From assembly GCA_002937585.1 (NCBI GenBank), contig PTKE01000002.1, positions 912-64,911 of the forward strand: a DNA stretch of 64,000 nucleotides, in the 5' to 3' direction. The stretch comes from Alphaproteobacteria bacterium MarineAlpha9_Bin6. Its GTDB lineage: Bacteria; Pseudomonadota; Alphaproteobacteria; UBA7887. A model generated the notes under the pieces. That model saw only the letters and a list, made by a program, of their open reading frames with translations. It searched no databases and had not been told where the DNA came from. Shown here piece after piece: positions 63,679 through 64,000 of this stretch (its first letter is position 1; every line of letters begins with the position of its first letter). Position numbers and translations under genes: made by a program.

Positions 63679-64000
63679 ATGCCACCGCCAGGTCAAAAAT
63701 ATGTATTGCGAATCGCGCTGCCCCTCAGGGCGCAGGCACAGCGGTTCGGTTTTATTGTCTTGCTCGCCTTGGCTTTCACTTTGATGGTGTTTGCTCGGAC
63801 CGAGATGATGGTTGTGGAGCGGTTTCGTACTAATGTCTTGGACATGTTTGTTCCAGTGTTGTCTGCTTTATCGCATCCGGTTGGATCAGTTCGCGATGTA
63901 ACAAGTGCAATAAATAGTTGGACTATGTTGCATCAGGAAAATGTTCAATTGCGAGAGGTGAACGCCCGACTTCAGCGCTGGGAAGTGGTCGCGCATAAAC
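63679..64000 (+). CDS. mreC: rod shape-determining protein MreC (N-terminal fragment, truncated by window end)
   Basis: Position after mreB, with an N-terminal TM anchor followed by the start of a coiled coil (LHQENVQLREVNARLQRWE). Confidence 0.65.
   Translation, partial: MPPPGQKYVLRIALPLRAQAQRFGFIVLLALAFTLMVFARTEMMVVERFRTNVLDMFVPVLSALSHPVGSVRDVTSAINSWTMLHQENVQLREVNARLQRWEVVAHK

Overview
This 64 kb window reads as core chromosome of an alphaproteobacterium-like organism (about 50% GC, conserved alpha-type gene order). It is densely coding, mostly housekeeping, with many stop/start overlaps that suggest operons. I found no tRNA or rRNA genes, no CRISPR array, and no transposase, integrase or phage genes. 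The main blocks, in order, are:

- thrC, an M16 peptidase, a TusA-like protein and a GNAT acetyltransferase, on the minus strand.
- pmbA, and further on tldD.
- ubiA and ubiD, adjacent.
- rsmE and a plant-type gshA.
- A tight six-gene operon: a luciferase-like (LLM) oxidoreductase, the large, FAD and 2Fe-2S subunits of a molybdenum hydroxylase, an acyl-CoA ligase and a crotonase. Its order mirrors the furoyl-CoA dehydrogenase cluster hmfABCDE.
- A complete aa3 cytochrome oxidase structural and biogenesis supercluster: ctaC, ctaD, ctaB, a small ORF, ctaG, ctaE, a DUF983 gene, SURF1 and ctaA. An M32 carboxypeptidase is translationally coupled to its end.
- A minus-strand module of a thioesterase, a small membrane protein, a membrane fatty acid desaturase and an FMN reductase.
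- A FAD-linked oxidase, selO and an AlsS-like thiamine pyrophosphate (TPP) enzyme.
- A 1320-aa AsmA-family protein, class I fumarase, sspB, thyX and mrp.
- hflK, hflC, a DUF2065 gene, degP and miaA.
- ilvB, ilvN and ilvC, then leuA, mreB and the start of mreC.

The points most worth a second look are:

- The hmfABCDE-like CoA-dependent molybdenum hydroxylase operon.
- An in-frame TAA stop that interrupts the conserved DUF983 gene inside the cox cluster.
- A Tpx (thiol peroxidase) homologue that lacks both catalytic cysteines.
- A tandem EthD-EthD fusion.
- A triplicated 17-nt direct repeat immediately upstream of mrp.
- An unusual 326-bp spacer between ilvB and ilvN.
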